DNA of 48,847 nucleotides from Actinomycetota bacterium. Its GTDB lineage: Bacteria; Actinomycetota; Acidimicrobiia; Acidimicrobiales; Ilumatobacteraceae. This document shows, one piece after another, positions 29,196 to 37,312 of the stretch; within the stretch, counting starts at the first letter, position 1; each line of letters opens with the position of its first letter. The translations under genes and the position numbers were made by a program. The notes under the pieces were generated by a model, which saw only the letters and a program-made list of their open reading frames with translations, did not search any database and was not told the origin of the DNA. The stretch is from assembly GCA_009924875.1 (NCBI GenBank), contig RFQQ01000001.1, positions 1 through 48,847 of the forward strand. The letters are read 5' to 3'.

Positions 29196-29726
29196 GTGGG
29201 CCTCGAGATCCGAACCTTCGGCGACCCGGTGCTCAAGTCGCAGGCCGCCCCGGTGGTGGATGTCGACGGTCGCGCGATCCGCTTGGTCGAGCAGATGTTC
29301 GACACCCTGGATCACAGCGACGGTGGTATCGCCCTCGCCGCCCCGCAGATCGGTGTGCAAAAGCAAGTTGTCGTCTGGGATCTCGATGGGGATCGGCGAG
29401 CCATCTTCAATCCAGAGATCGTCGAGTCGTCGGGTGAATGGGTGTACGACGAGGGCTGCCTCTCTATCCCCGGCCTCTACGTCGAGTTGGTGCGACCCCG
29501 TACCGTCCTGCTCCGCGGGGTCGATGTGAACGGCGAGATCATCGAATACGAGGCCGACGATCTCGAAGCGCGCATGTACCAACACGAACTCGACCACCTG
29601 AACGGTGTGCTCATGTTCGATCGCATGGGCGACGAGCAACGCCGCGAGGCCATGGCCGAGTATCGCCGGATCACCTCCGGCGAGGCTGACGACGTCCCCC
29701 GCCCGCGTCGGCTCCGCTTCCGCTGA
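29196..29726 (+). CDS. def: Peptide deformylase
   Basis: 176 aa from GTG 29196 (VGLEIRTFGDPVL). GIALAAPQIG, EGCLSIPG, QHELDHLNG (the three Def motifs). Confidence 0.92.
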   Translation: MGLEIRTFGDPVLKSQAAPVVDVDGRAIRLVEQMFDTLDHSDGGIALAAPQIGVQKQVVVWDLDGDRRAIFNPEIVESSGEWVYDEGCLSIPGLYVELVRPRTVLLRGVDVNGEIIEYEADDLEARMYQHELDHLNGVLMFDRMGDEQRREAMAEYRRITSGEADDVPRPRRLRFR

Positions 29727-29729
29727 CCG

Positions 29730-30530
29730 ATGGATCTCGTCTACCTCGGCACGCCAGAGGTGGCGACTCGCCCGCTGCGCGCCCTGGTCGAGGCAGGTCA
29801 TCGAATCCCCCTCGTCATCACCGGTCCGCCACGACGTCGCGGTAGAGGCTCAACAACCTCACCCTCCCCGGTCGAGTCCGTCGCCCACGAACTTGGGCTG
29901 ACGGTGGCGCACGAGATCGAGGCGCTCGACAGCGTCGCGGTCGAACTCGGGGTGGTGGTCGCCTTCGGTCGCATCATTCCCGCGGAGGTCTTGGGCCGGC
30001 TTCGTATGGTCAACCTCCACTTCTCCGACTTGCCGCGCTGGCGCGGAGCAGCGCCGGTCGAGCGCGCGATACTCGCTGGAGATCACAGCACGGCGGTCTG
30101 TCTGATGGAGCTCGAGGAGGGTCTCGACACCGGTCCGGTCCATGCGAGGGCGCGGGTCGACATCGGCGACCTCACCGCGAACGGGCTCCGAGATCTGCTT
30201 GCCGAGGCGGGTTCCCGGCTCCTCGTGGACCGGCTCGCCAGCGGACTTGGGACGCCCGAGCCTCAATCCGGTGAGGTCAGCTACGCCGAGAAGATCACCC
30301 GTGACGACCTGAGGATCGACTGGAGCGCTGACCCGGTCGCGGGCCTTCGTCAGATTCGGGTGGGTGGGGCGTGGACCACATGGCGGGGAGCCGTGGTGAA
30401 GGTCGTCGAGGCGGACATCGTCGATGGGTCGCTTCGGCCGATCATCGTGCGACCTGAGGGCCGATCCGACACCGAGTTCGACGCCTGGTGGCGCGGGGCA
30501 CGTCCGGAGCCGAGTGAGTGGTTCGAATGA
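29730..30530 (+). CDS. fmt: Methionyl-tRNA formyltransferase (short form)
   Basis: 266 aa. YLGTPE, NLHFSDLPRWRGAAPVERAI, LDTGPV. Shorter than the roughly 310 aa I expect, and the C-terminal domain looks abbreviated. Confidence 0.85.
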   Translation: MDLVYLGTPEVATRPLRALVEAGHRIPLVITGPPRRRGRGSTTSPSPVESVAHELGLTVAHEIEALDSVAVELGVVVAFGRIIPAEVLGRLRMVNLHFSDLPRWRGAAPVERAILAGDHSTAVCLMELEEGLDTGPVHARARVDIGDLTANGLRDLLAEAGSRLLVDRLASGLGTPEPQSGEVSYAEKITRDDLRIDWSADPVAGLRQIRVGGAWTTWRGAVVKVVEADIVDGSLRPIIVRPEGRSDTEFDAWWRGARPEPSEWFE

Positions 30531-31639
30531 GCGCGCGTGCCCTCGCCCTGGAGGTACTCGGCCGTATTGAGCGGGGCGGCGCCTACGCAAACCTTGTCCT
30601 GCCGGTGGCACTCGGCCGGTCGGATCTCAGTCCGTCCGACCGGGGCATGGTGACCGACCTGGTCTACGGAACCACCCGAATGCGCCGGGCCTGTGATCTG
30701 CTCGTCGACCGGTTCGTCGAGGTGCCACCGGATGATGGGACCCGCACGCTCCTGCGACTCGGCGCTTACCAATTGGCCTTTGGCGGGGTGGCAGCCCACG
30801 CGGCCGTCTCCGAGACTGTTGCTCTCGCCCCCCGTCGCACCCGTGGGTTCGTGAACGCGATTCTCCGACGGGTGGCGAGCACCGAGATGACGTGGCCCTC
30901 AGCCGCGGCACGTTTGAGTTACCCCGACTGGATCCACGACCGTTTGGTCGAGGAGTTGGGATCCGAGGAGGCGATCGCGGCCATGGAGCGCATGAACGTG
31001 GCCCCGTCCGTGAACCGACGGGCCGACGGCTACGTCCAAGATCCCGCCTCGCAGTGGGTGGCGGCTGCCGTGAAGGCTGGTCGCGGGGAGCTCGTCGCCG
31101 ACCTGTGCTCAGCGCCAGGTGGCAAGACGACGGCGATAGCCGCCGAAGGTGCCGATGTCGTCGCCCTTGACCTCCATGAGGCTCGCGCCGGTCTGGTCGC
31201 CGAGAACTCGGCGTCAACCTCCGCTGATGGGGTCGGCCGGGTATTTCCCGTCGCAGCCGACTCGACTCGTCCACCGCTCACGCCGGGCACGTTCGACGCG
31301 GTACTCATCGACGCGCCGTGTTCGGGACTCGGCGCTCTACGTCGGCGGCCTGACGCGCGCTGGCGCGTCACCGAGCAGTCAATCCGGCAACTTGTTCCCG
31401 TTCAGGCATCCCTCCTCGAGGCGGGCGCCCGCTTGCTGCGCCCCGGGGGGCGCCTCGTCTACAGCGTGTGCACCATCACCGCCGCCGAGTCCATCGCTCA
31501 CGCGACCCCCGAGTCGCTTGAGATCGATTCGACTCCTCCCGAGGGGTCATGGCGGCCGTTCGGTGATGGTTGGAGGGTCCTTCCCCACGATGCCGACACC
31601 GATGGCATGGTGATGCTGCGGTACCGTCGACGATCATGA
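30527..31639 (+). CDS. rsmB: 16S rRNA (cytosine-C5)-methyltransferase RsmB/Sun family
   Basis: 370 aa from ATG 30527 (ATGA overlap with fmt). NusB-like N-terminal part, DLCSAPGGKT, and DAPCSGLGALRRRPD (catalytic Cys motif). Confidence 0.85.
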   Translation: MSARALALEVLGRIERGGAYANLVLPVALGRSDLSPSDRGMVTDLVYGTTRMRRACDLLVDRFVEVPPDDGTRTLLRLGAYQLAFGGVAAHAAVSETVALAPRRTRGFVNAILRRVASTEMTWPSAAARLSYPDWIHDRLVEELGSEEAIAAMERMNVAPSVNRRADGYVQDPASQWVAAAVKAGRGELVADLCSAPGGKTTAIAAEGADVVALDLHEARAGLVAENSASTSADGVGRVFPVAADSTRPPLTPGTFDAVLIDAPCSGLGALRRRPDARWRVTEQSIRQLVPVQASLLEAGARLLRPGGRLVYSVCTITAAESIAHATPESLEIDSTPPEGSWRPFGDGWRVLPHDADTDGMVMLRYRRRS

Positions 31640-32106
31640 GCCACACGGCGAAGGTGCTCACCGTGAGCGATGGCGTCGCCTCCGGCCACCGTGATGACAC
31701 CGGTGGTCGAGGGCTGGCGCAGCATCTCGCGACGAACGGTTTCGAGGTGATCGACCACGCGGTGATCCCCGACGGCCGTGAGTCCGTCGCCGAGGCGTTA
31801 TCGGCCATGGCTGAGGGCTATTGCGGTCTGATCGCAACGACTGGGGGTACCGGTTTCGGGCCCCGCGACCTGACGCCGGAGGGCACCTCCGATGTGCTCG
31901 ACCGCGAGGCGCCGGGCCTCGCGGAGTCGATGAGGGCGATCAGTCCGTTCGGGCGGCTCTCGCGAGGACGCGCGGGAACAATCGGCTCGGCGCTGGTGAT
32001 CAACCTTCCCGGTTCGCCTCGGGGGGCTATCGAGCAGATCGACGCCGTGATCGACGTGCTCGGGCACGCCCTCGACCTCCTCGCGGGCACCGACCGCACG
32101 CACTGA
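31636..32106 (+). CDS. MogA/MoaB-family molybdenum cofactor biosynthesis protein
   Basis: 156 aa from ATG 31636 (ATGA overlap with rsmB). LTVSDG, LIATTGGTGFGPRDLTPE, NLPGSP. Confidence 0.8.
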   Translation: MSHTAKVLTVSDGVASGHRDDTGGRGLAQHLATNGFEVIDHAVIPDGRESVAEALSAMAEGYCGLIATTGGTGFGPRDLTPEGTSDVLDREAPGLAESMRAISPFGRLSRGRAGTIGSALVINLPGSPRGAIEQIDAVIDVLGHALDLLAGTDRTH

Positions 32107-32107
32107 C

Positions 32108-32124
32108 CCCGTCGCTCGGACGGG
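32108..32124 (+). terminator. Short GC hairpin after the mog-like gene (possible weak terminator or processing site)
   Basis: CCCGTC (32108-13), loop GCTCG, GACGGG (32119-24), starting 2 nt after the stop. No U-tract. Confidence 0.2.
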
Positions 32125-32145
32125 AGGCACCGTTAGCCTGCCGGC

Positions 32146-33018
32146 GTGCTGAGCATCGTGTTGCCGAAGGGCTCTCTCGAGAGGGCGACCCTCGAGCTCT
32201 TCGAGGCCGCCGATCTCCCGGTCGTGCGGTCCTCCTCGGTCGACTACCGGGCCTCGATCGATGATCCGAGGGTCGGCGAGGTGCGGATCCTGCGCCCTCA
32301 GGAGATTCCCGTCTATGTGGCGGAGGGTCTCTTCGATCTCGGCATCACCGGCCGCGACTGGGTGACCGAGACCTCATCGGACGTCGTGAGCCTTGGCGAG
32401 CTGCGTTACTCGAAGGCGACCTCGGAGCCCGTGCGGGTGGTGGTGGCGGTCGCCGGTGACTCGCCGGTCGAATCGGTCTCCGATCTCCCCGATGGCGTCC
32501 GGGTGGCCTCGGAGTACCCGGAGATGACCAAGCGGTACTTCGCTGAGCGAGGGGTGGCTGCCGATGTTCGACTCTCGTATGGGGCGAGCGAGGCGAAGAT
32601 CCCCGATATCGCCGACTGCGTGGTCGATATCACTGAGACCGGACGGGCCCTTCGCGCCGCCGGACTTCGGGTGATCGACACCATCCTCACGAGTTGGACT
32701 GAGGTCGTCGCGAATCCTGTGGCCTACGCCGATCCCGAGCGCCGGCGAGCGATGGAGCAGCTGATGGTGCTTCTGAACGGCGCGCTTGACGCCCGGGGAA
32801 AGGTGCTCCTCAAGCTCAATGTGAGCGCCTCCCGCCGAGACGATGTGCTCGCCGTTCTCCCGTCGGCGAAGTCGCCGACGATCAATCAGTTGGCGAACGG
32901 TGACTTCGCGATCGAGAGCGTCGTTGAGAAGGCGGGAATCAATCGCATCATTCCCGCGCTGTCTGAGGCCGGTGCGACCGACCTCTTGGAGATCCCGATC
33001 TCAAAGATCGTTCCTTGA
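32146..33018 (+). CDS. hisG: ATP phosphoribosyltransferase, long form
   Basis: 290 aa. LPKGSL, DLGITGRD, DITETGRALRAAGL, and a C-terminal regulatory domain (LLKLNV...INQL). Confidence 0.92.
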   Translation: MLSIVLPKGSLERATLELFEAADLPVVRSSSVDYRASIDDPRVGEVRILRPQEIPVYVAEGLFDLGITGRDWVTETSSDVVSLGELRYSKATSEPVRVVVAVAGDSPVESVSDLPDGVRVASEYPEMTKRYFAERGVAADVRLSYGASEAKIPDIADCVVDITETGRALRAAGLRVIDTILTSWTEVVANPVAYADPERRRAMEQLMVLLNGALDARGKVLLKLNVSASRRDDVLAVLPSAKSPTINQLANGDFAIESVVEKAGINRIIPALSEAGATDLLEIPISKIVP

Positions 33019-33038
33019 GATCGGCGATGCTTCATTCC

Positions 33039-33245
33039 ATGCGTCGCTCGACGGGCGTGGTGACGGAATTCGATGACGTGGCAGGACTCGGATGGATCGA
33101 GTCCGACGACGGGTCGCGGGTACGTCTCCACTGCGTCGCCATCGTCGACGGTTCTCGTTCGATACCGGTCGGCACCCGTGTCCGATTCAAGGTGACGCAG
33201 CGACTCGGACTCATCGAGGCGGTCGACGTCGAGCCGATTCGGTGA
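33039..33245 (+). CDS. Cold-shock-domain-like small protein (degenerate RNP motifs)
   Basis: 68 aa from ATG 33039 (TTG 33015 and ATG 33027 are alternatives). TGVVTEFDDVAGLGWIESDDGSRVRLHCVAIVDGSRSIPVGTRVRF follows the CspA layout (KGFGFI becomes AGLGWI; VFVHF becomes VRLHC). Confidence 0.65.
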   Translation: MRRSTGVVTEFDDVAGLGWIESDDGSRVRLHCVAIVDGSRSIPVGTRVRFKVTQRLGLIEAVDVEPIR

Positions 33246-33547
33246 ACCGCGACGACGAGATCCTGGCGGTCGTGCTCGCCCTTCGCGCAGGTGAGGTTGT
33301 CTCCTATGGGGATGTGGCCGATACCGCAGGTTGGCCCGGTCGCGCTCGGCTCGTCGGAAGGATCCTCGCCGAGACGGATCGAGAGGTTCCTTGGTGGCGA
33401 GTGGTAGCCGCGTCGGGCCGACTCGTGCCGGGAGCCGAGATCGAACACGGACGTTTACTCAGGTCCGAAGGCGTTGAGGTGGTGGCCGGCCGGGTTCGAT
33501 CTGCCCCGACGGGGAGATTCAGTCCGAGGTCCCAGCCGCAGCCTTGA
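33242..33547 (+). CDS. Alkyltransferase-like (ATL) protein, MGMT DNA-binding-domain family without the acceptor Cys
   Basis: 101 aa. The GTG start overlaps the upstream TGA (GTGA). VVSYGDVADTAGWPGRARLVGRIL and VPWWRVV, where canonical O6-alkylguanine transferases have PCHRV. Confidence 0.75.
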   Translation: MNRDDEILAVVLALRAGEVVSYGDVADTAGWPGRARLVGRILAETDREVPWWRVVAASGRLVPGAEIEHGRLLRSEGVEVVAGRVRSAPTGRFSPRSQPQP

Positions 33548-33857
33548 CCTGAACGAACGCCATGCGGATGTTCGCCAGAGCGTCGGTCATCGTCGAGTGC
33601 TCCTCGCCCAGTCGAGCGCCGAGCCCCTCGACCAGACAGCCGACGGCGTCAATCGCCAACGCCGCGGAGACGAGATCCACCGGATCGGATGAGAGGTGGA
33701 TCGCCGCCAACTCGTAGAGGCCCATGACATGGTTGGTGACCACGACCTCAGCGGGAACCGAGGCGAGACGCGAACGAGCGTCCTCGAGCGCGGCGGCCGC
33801 CTCGCGGACAGCGTCCTCGACTCCGCCGTTCTCGATCTCGTCGGATTCGTCGGTCAC
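33519..33857 (-). CDS. Small acidic protein, DUF1844-like
   Basis: 112 aa from GTG 33857 (VTDESDEIENGG...). NHVMGLYELAAIHLSS...AALAIDAVGCLVEGL resembles the DUF1844 family, which I recall being found next to infC in actinobacteria. Assigned from memory only. Confidence 0.55.
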   Translation of the reverse strand: MTDESDEIENGGVEDAVREAAAALEDARSRLASVPAEVVVTNHVMGLYELAAIHLSSDPVDLVSAALAIDAVGCLVEGLGARLGEEHSTMTDALANIRMAFVQVKAAAGTSD

Positions 33858-33987
33858 GGCCGTTAGTCTACGGGGGCCGCCGGGCGAGCCCGGGGGCCAC
33901 AACTGACGCGAAGTGGGGGAGACCCCCACCCGGCCACCGAGGGGTGCGTCCGGGTCCTGACGATCTGGGGCGATCCCCGGTGAGTGC

Positions 33988-34707
33988 ATGGGCTTCGCCA
34001 CGCACAACCGGGAGGCCACAGCCCTTGCACAGGAGAGTCACGTCATAGCACCGCCGAAGAGCGACCAGCACCGGATCAACGACCGGATACGGGCCCGAGA
34101 GGTCCGACTGATCGGTCCCGAAGGGGATCAGCTCGGTATCCAACCGGTTCCGGAGGCACTGCGAATGGCCAGGGGTCTCGATCTCGATCTTGTCGAGGTG
34201 GCCCCGGCGGCGAACCCCCCGGTATGTCGGATCATGGATTACGGCAAGTTCCGGTACGAGGAGGCGCAGAAGGCCAAGGAGTCCCGGCGCAAGTCGACCC
34301 AGGTCTCGGTGAAGGAGGTCAAGTTCCGGCCGAAGATCGGCAAGGGTGACTTCGACACCAAGGTGCGCCACCTGATCGAGTTTCTCGATGATGGCCACAA
34401 GGTGAAGGTCACCCTGCAGTTCCGAGGTCGCGAGATGGCCCATCCTGAACTCGGCTCCAGGATCCTCGACCAGGTCATCGAGGCGGTCGGGCCGCTCGGG
34501 AAGATCGACAGCCAAGCCCGCCTAGAGGGTCGTTCGATGTCGATGGTGATGTCGCCCGACAAGAAGGCGGCTGAGGCGGCCCGAAAGGCGCGCGAGGCCG
34601 AGACGTCGGCTGCGGAGTCGGGATCGGCAGCGAGTGTGGTGGTGGCTACCGAGACTGATGATGGCCCTGAGGAATCAACGATCGTGAGTGAAGAACAAGA
34701 GAGCTAG
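33988..34707 (+). CDS. infC: Translation initiation factor IF-3
   Basis: RINDRIRAREVRLIGPEGDQLGI, LDLVEVAPAANPPVCRIMDYGKFRYE, KEVKFRPKIGKGDFDTK. The track start is ATG 33988. A strong AGGAGAG at 34031-37 lies 7 nt upstream of an in-frame ATA at 34045, which could be the true non-AUG start. Confidence 0.92.
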   Translation: MGFATHNREATALAQESHVIAPPKSDQHRINDRIRAREVRLIGPEGDQLGIQPVPEALRMARGLDLDLVEVAPAANPPVCRIMDYGKFRYEEAQKAKESRRKSTQVSVKEVKFRPKIGKGDFDTKVRHLIEFLDDGHKVKVTLQFRGREMAHPELGSRILDQVIEAVGPLGKIDSQARLEGRSMSMVMSPDKKAAEAARKAREAETSAAESGSAASVVVATETDDGPEESTIVSEEQES

Positions 34708-34717
34708 GAGACACGAC

Positions 34718-34915
34718 ATGCCGAAGATGAAGACGAGCAAGACCGCCGCGAAGCGGTTCAAGAAGACCGGATCGGGCAAGCTGCGCCGCCAGCAGGCCAT
34801 GCGCCAGCATCTGTTCGAGAAGAAGCCGTCGACCCGCACCCGTCGTCTTGACGGGGACGTCGACGTTCATTCCACCGACGAGCGCAACATCAAGCGGCTC
34901 CTCGCGGAGCGCTGA
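34718..34915 (+). CDS. rpmI: 50S ribosomal protein L35
   Basis: 65 aa from ATG 34718 (MPKMKTSKTAAKRFKKTGSGKLRR). A TAGGAGA SD lies upstream. Confidence 0.93.
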   Translation: MPKMKTSKTAAKRFKKTGSGKLRRQQAMRQHLFEKKPSTRTRRLDGDVDVHSTDERNIKRLLAER

Positions 34916-34966
34916 CCGCGGCCCGTTCCGCGGAGATATCGAGAGAATCGAACAAGGAGAGATGAC

Positions 34967-35320
34967 ATGGCACGCGTGAAGCGCGGTGTTGCCGCCAAGA
35001 AGCGGCATAAGAAGGTCCTGAAGCAGGCCCGGGGCTACTACGGCAACAAGAGTCGTTCGTTCCGTGCGGCCAACGAGCAGGTCATGAAGAGCGGCCAGTA
35101 CGCCTTTCGTGACCGTCGCGCGAAGAAGGGCGAGTTCCGTCGTCTGTGGATTCAGCGGATCAACGCCGGCTGCCGTCAGCACGACATGAGCTACTCGCGG
35201 TTTATCGCGGGGCTCTCGGCCGCGGGTATCGAGGTCGATCGCAAGATCCTGGCCGATCTCGCCGTGACCGATCCGGCCGCTTTTGGCGCTCTGGTGGAGC
35301 AGGCCAAGGCAGCTCTGTGA
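34967..35320 (+). CDS. rplT: 50S ribosomal protein L20
   Basis: 117 aa. [26 protein letters not shown], typical of L20. Confidence 0.95.
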   Translation: MARVKRGVAAKKRHKKVLKQARGYYGNKSRSFRAANEQVMKSGQYAFRDRRAKKGEFRRLWIQRINAGCRQHDMSYSRFIAGLSAAGIEVDRKILADLAVTDPAAFGALVEQAKAAL

Positions 35321-36093
35321 CGGGCGGGATCGGTTCGTCCGGTCCCGAATCGGAGTCCGGACTCGGATTCCGCAGCCCGCGGATCCAGCGGCTTCGACGT
35401 CTGGTCTCGCGGCGCGAGGAGCGCCGCGAGAGCGGGCTCGTCGTCGTTGAGGGAGCCACGCTGATCCAAGAGGCTCTGGCGGCCGGCTGGGTGTGCGTTG
35501 AGGAGTTCACCTCCTCGGGCGCGACCCCCGTAGGCGTGGTCGAGCCGACCTGGGTAGCCCCCGGTGTGTTGGACCGCGTCGCGTCGACGGAGACGCCGCG
35601 CCCGAACATCGCCATCTTCGCCCTTCCCACCCCGATCGATATCGGTCGGGTCTCCACCGCGCTCGTGGTCGACCGGATGGCTGACCCCGGCAACCTGGGC
35701 ACCGCGATGCGCTCGGCCGAGGCCGCTGGGTTCGATGCGGTGGTCGTCACCTCGGGCACGGTCGACGACCTCTCTCCCAAGGTGGTCAGGGCCTCGGCGG
35801 GAGCGCGTTTCCATGTACCGGTGATCGAATCGAGCCTTCAGCAGCTCCGCGAGACGGGATTCCACCTCGTTGGCACCTCCTCGCACCGGGGGACCGATCA
35901 CCTTGAGCTCGACTGGTCGAGCCCCGCCCGACTCGGGATCGTGATCGGCAATGAGGCTCAAGGCCTCGATGACTCGGCCCCGGTTGATGGGTGGGTGTCG
36001 ATCCGCCACGCCGGCCGTTCCGAGAGTCTGAACGCCGCGATGGCCTCGACGATCGTGTGCTTCGCCGCGGCGCGGGGCCGTGGCCTGCTGTGA
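35317..36093 (+). CDS. TrmH/SpoU-family RNA 2'-O-methyltransferase (TsnR/RlmB-like)
   Basis: 258 aa from GTG 35317 (GTGA overlap with the rplT stop). [48 protein letters not shown] (SpoU motifs). Confidence 0.85.
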   Translation: MTGGIGSSGPESESGLGFRSPRIQRLRRLVSRREERRESGLVVVEGATLIQEALAAGWVCVEEFTSSGATPVGVVEPTWVAPGVLDRVASTETPRPNIAIFALPTPIDIGRVSTALVVDRMADPGNLGTAMRSAEAAGFDAVVVTSGTVDDLSPKVVRASAGARFHVPVIESSLQQLRETGFHLVGTSSHRGTDHLELDWSSPARLGIVIGNEAQGLDDSAPVDGWVSIRHAGRSESLNAAMASTIVCFAAARGRGLL

Positions 36094-36171
36094 CCTCATC
36101 GGGTGGTCGTCGTGGCCGCGCTCGCCTAACCTCAGGGGCGTGCCACGGCTGTCTCATCGTCGATTTCCGCG

Positions 36172-36192
36172 CCCCGGGTGGCTCACCCGGGG
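36172..36192 (+). terminator. Perfect 9-bp GC hairpin between trmH-like gene and pheS (terminator or attenuator candidate)
   Basis: CCCCGGGTG (36172-80), loop GCT, CACCCGGGG (36184-92). It is followed by ATACTGATCTCC, with no clear U-tract. Confidence 0.3.
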
Positions 36193-36289
36193 ATACTGAT
36201 CTCCTGACAGCGGATCGGTCCCCTCGCCACTCCGGGGAGTTCCGGCCCGAAGCGATATCCGACCGATCGACTCGGTCGTGGGAGACGAC

Positions 36290-37303
36290 ATGACACCAGA
36301 CATCGACGAGGCCCGCGATGAGGCGCTCAGTGCGATCGGAGGCGCGGAGACCGTCGCCGACCTCGAACGCGTGGTCGCTGATCACCTCGGTAAGCGGGGT
36401 GCGCTCGCCGTCCTGAAGAAGGGCCTCGGAGCAATTGATGATCCCGAAGCGCGCCGCGCGGCCGGAGCCTCGATGCACGCGGCGCGCACCACCGTCGAGG
36501 AGGCGGTCGAGGCTCGACGCTCAGAGCTCGCCGGCGCCGAGACGGAGCGCCGCATCGCCGCGGAGCGACTTGACCTCACCGAGTTTCGAACCGAGGGCTC
36601 TCGCGGACATCTGCACATCGTCACCCAGGCCTGGCAACGACTGGAGGACGTGTTCCTCGGTCTCGGTTTCAGTGTCGCCGAAGGCCCCGAGGTGGAGACC
36701 GACTGGCACAACTTCGAGGCGCTCAACATGGGGGAGGGGCACCCCGCCCGAGGGGAGTTCGACACCCTCTTCGTCGATCACGTTCCTCCCGGAGGTCGAC
36801 TCGGCACCACGCTGCTACGCACGCACACCTCACCGGTCCAGATCAGGACCATGCTCACTCAGGAGCCGCCGATCTACGTGGTCGCACCAGGTCGCGTCTT
36901 CCGGCGCGACACCCCTGATGCGACCCATATGCCGGTGTTCCACCAGATCGAGGGTCTCGTCGTCGATCGGGGTATCTCAATGACCGATCTCGCTGGAACG
37001 ATCGAGGCCTTCACGAAGGCCTTCTTCGGCGCTGGGTTCACTTCCCGGCTGCGCCCCTCGTACTTCCCCTTCACCGAACCATCAGCCGAGTTCGATATTC
37101 AGCGTCCTGACGGATCCTGGCTGGAACTCGGTGGGTGCGGAATGGTGCATCCCGCGGTCATCCGGGCCGGGGGCCTCGACCCTGACGAGTGGAGTGGCTT
37201 CGCCTTCGGTTTCGGTATCGATCGCATGGCGGTGATGCGGCACGGCGTCGCTGACATCCGGGACATGTACGTGAACGACATCAGATTCGTCGAGCAGTTC
37301 TGA
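36290..37303 (+). CDS. pheS: Phenylalanine--tRNA ligase alpha subunit
   Basis: 337 aa from ATG 36290 (a GGGAGA SD ends 4 nt upstream; GTG 36278 is the track start). HPARGEFDTLF, LRTHTSPVQ, FRRDTPDATHMPVFHQIEG, GCGMVHP. Confidence 0.94.
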   Translation: MTPDIDEARDEALSAIGGAETVADLERVVADHLGKRGALAVLKKGLGAIDDPEARRAAGASMHAARTTVEEAVEARRSELAGAETERRIAAERLDLTEFRTEGSRGHLHIVTQAWQRLEDVFLGLGFSVAEGPEVETDWHNFEALNMGEGHPARGEFDTLFVDHVPPGGRLGTTLLRTHTSPVQIRTMLTQEPPIYVVAPGRVFRRDTPDATHMPVFHQIEGLVVDRGISMTDLAGTIEAFTKAFFGAGFTSRLRPSYFPFTEPSAEFDIQRPDGSWLELGGCGMVHPAVIRAGGLDPDEWSGFAFGFGIDRMAVMRHGVADIRDMYVNDIRFVEQF

Positions 37304-37312
37304 GGTGATGGC

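Noticed and set aside
36094-36289. Possible T-box riboswitch upstream of pheS (GGGUGG plus a nearby UUC)
   Set aside because: The GGGUGGCUCACC segment is fully consumed by a perfect hairpin rather than forming a bulged antiterminator. The UGGC would pair with GCCA, not the ACCA end expected for tRNA-Phe. No Stem I or specifier-loop architecture is apparent.
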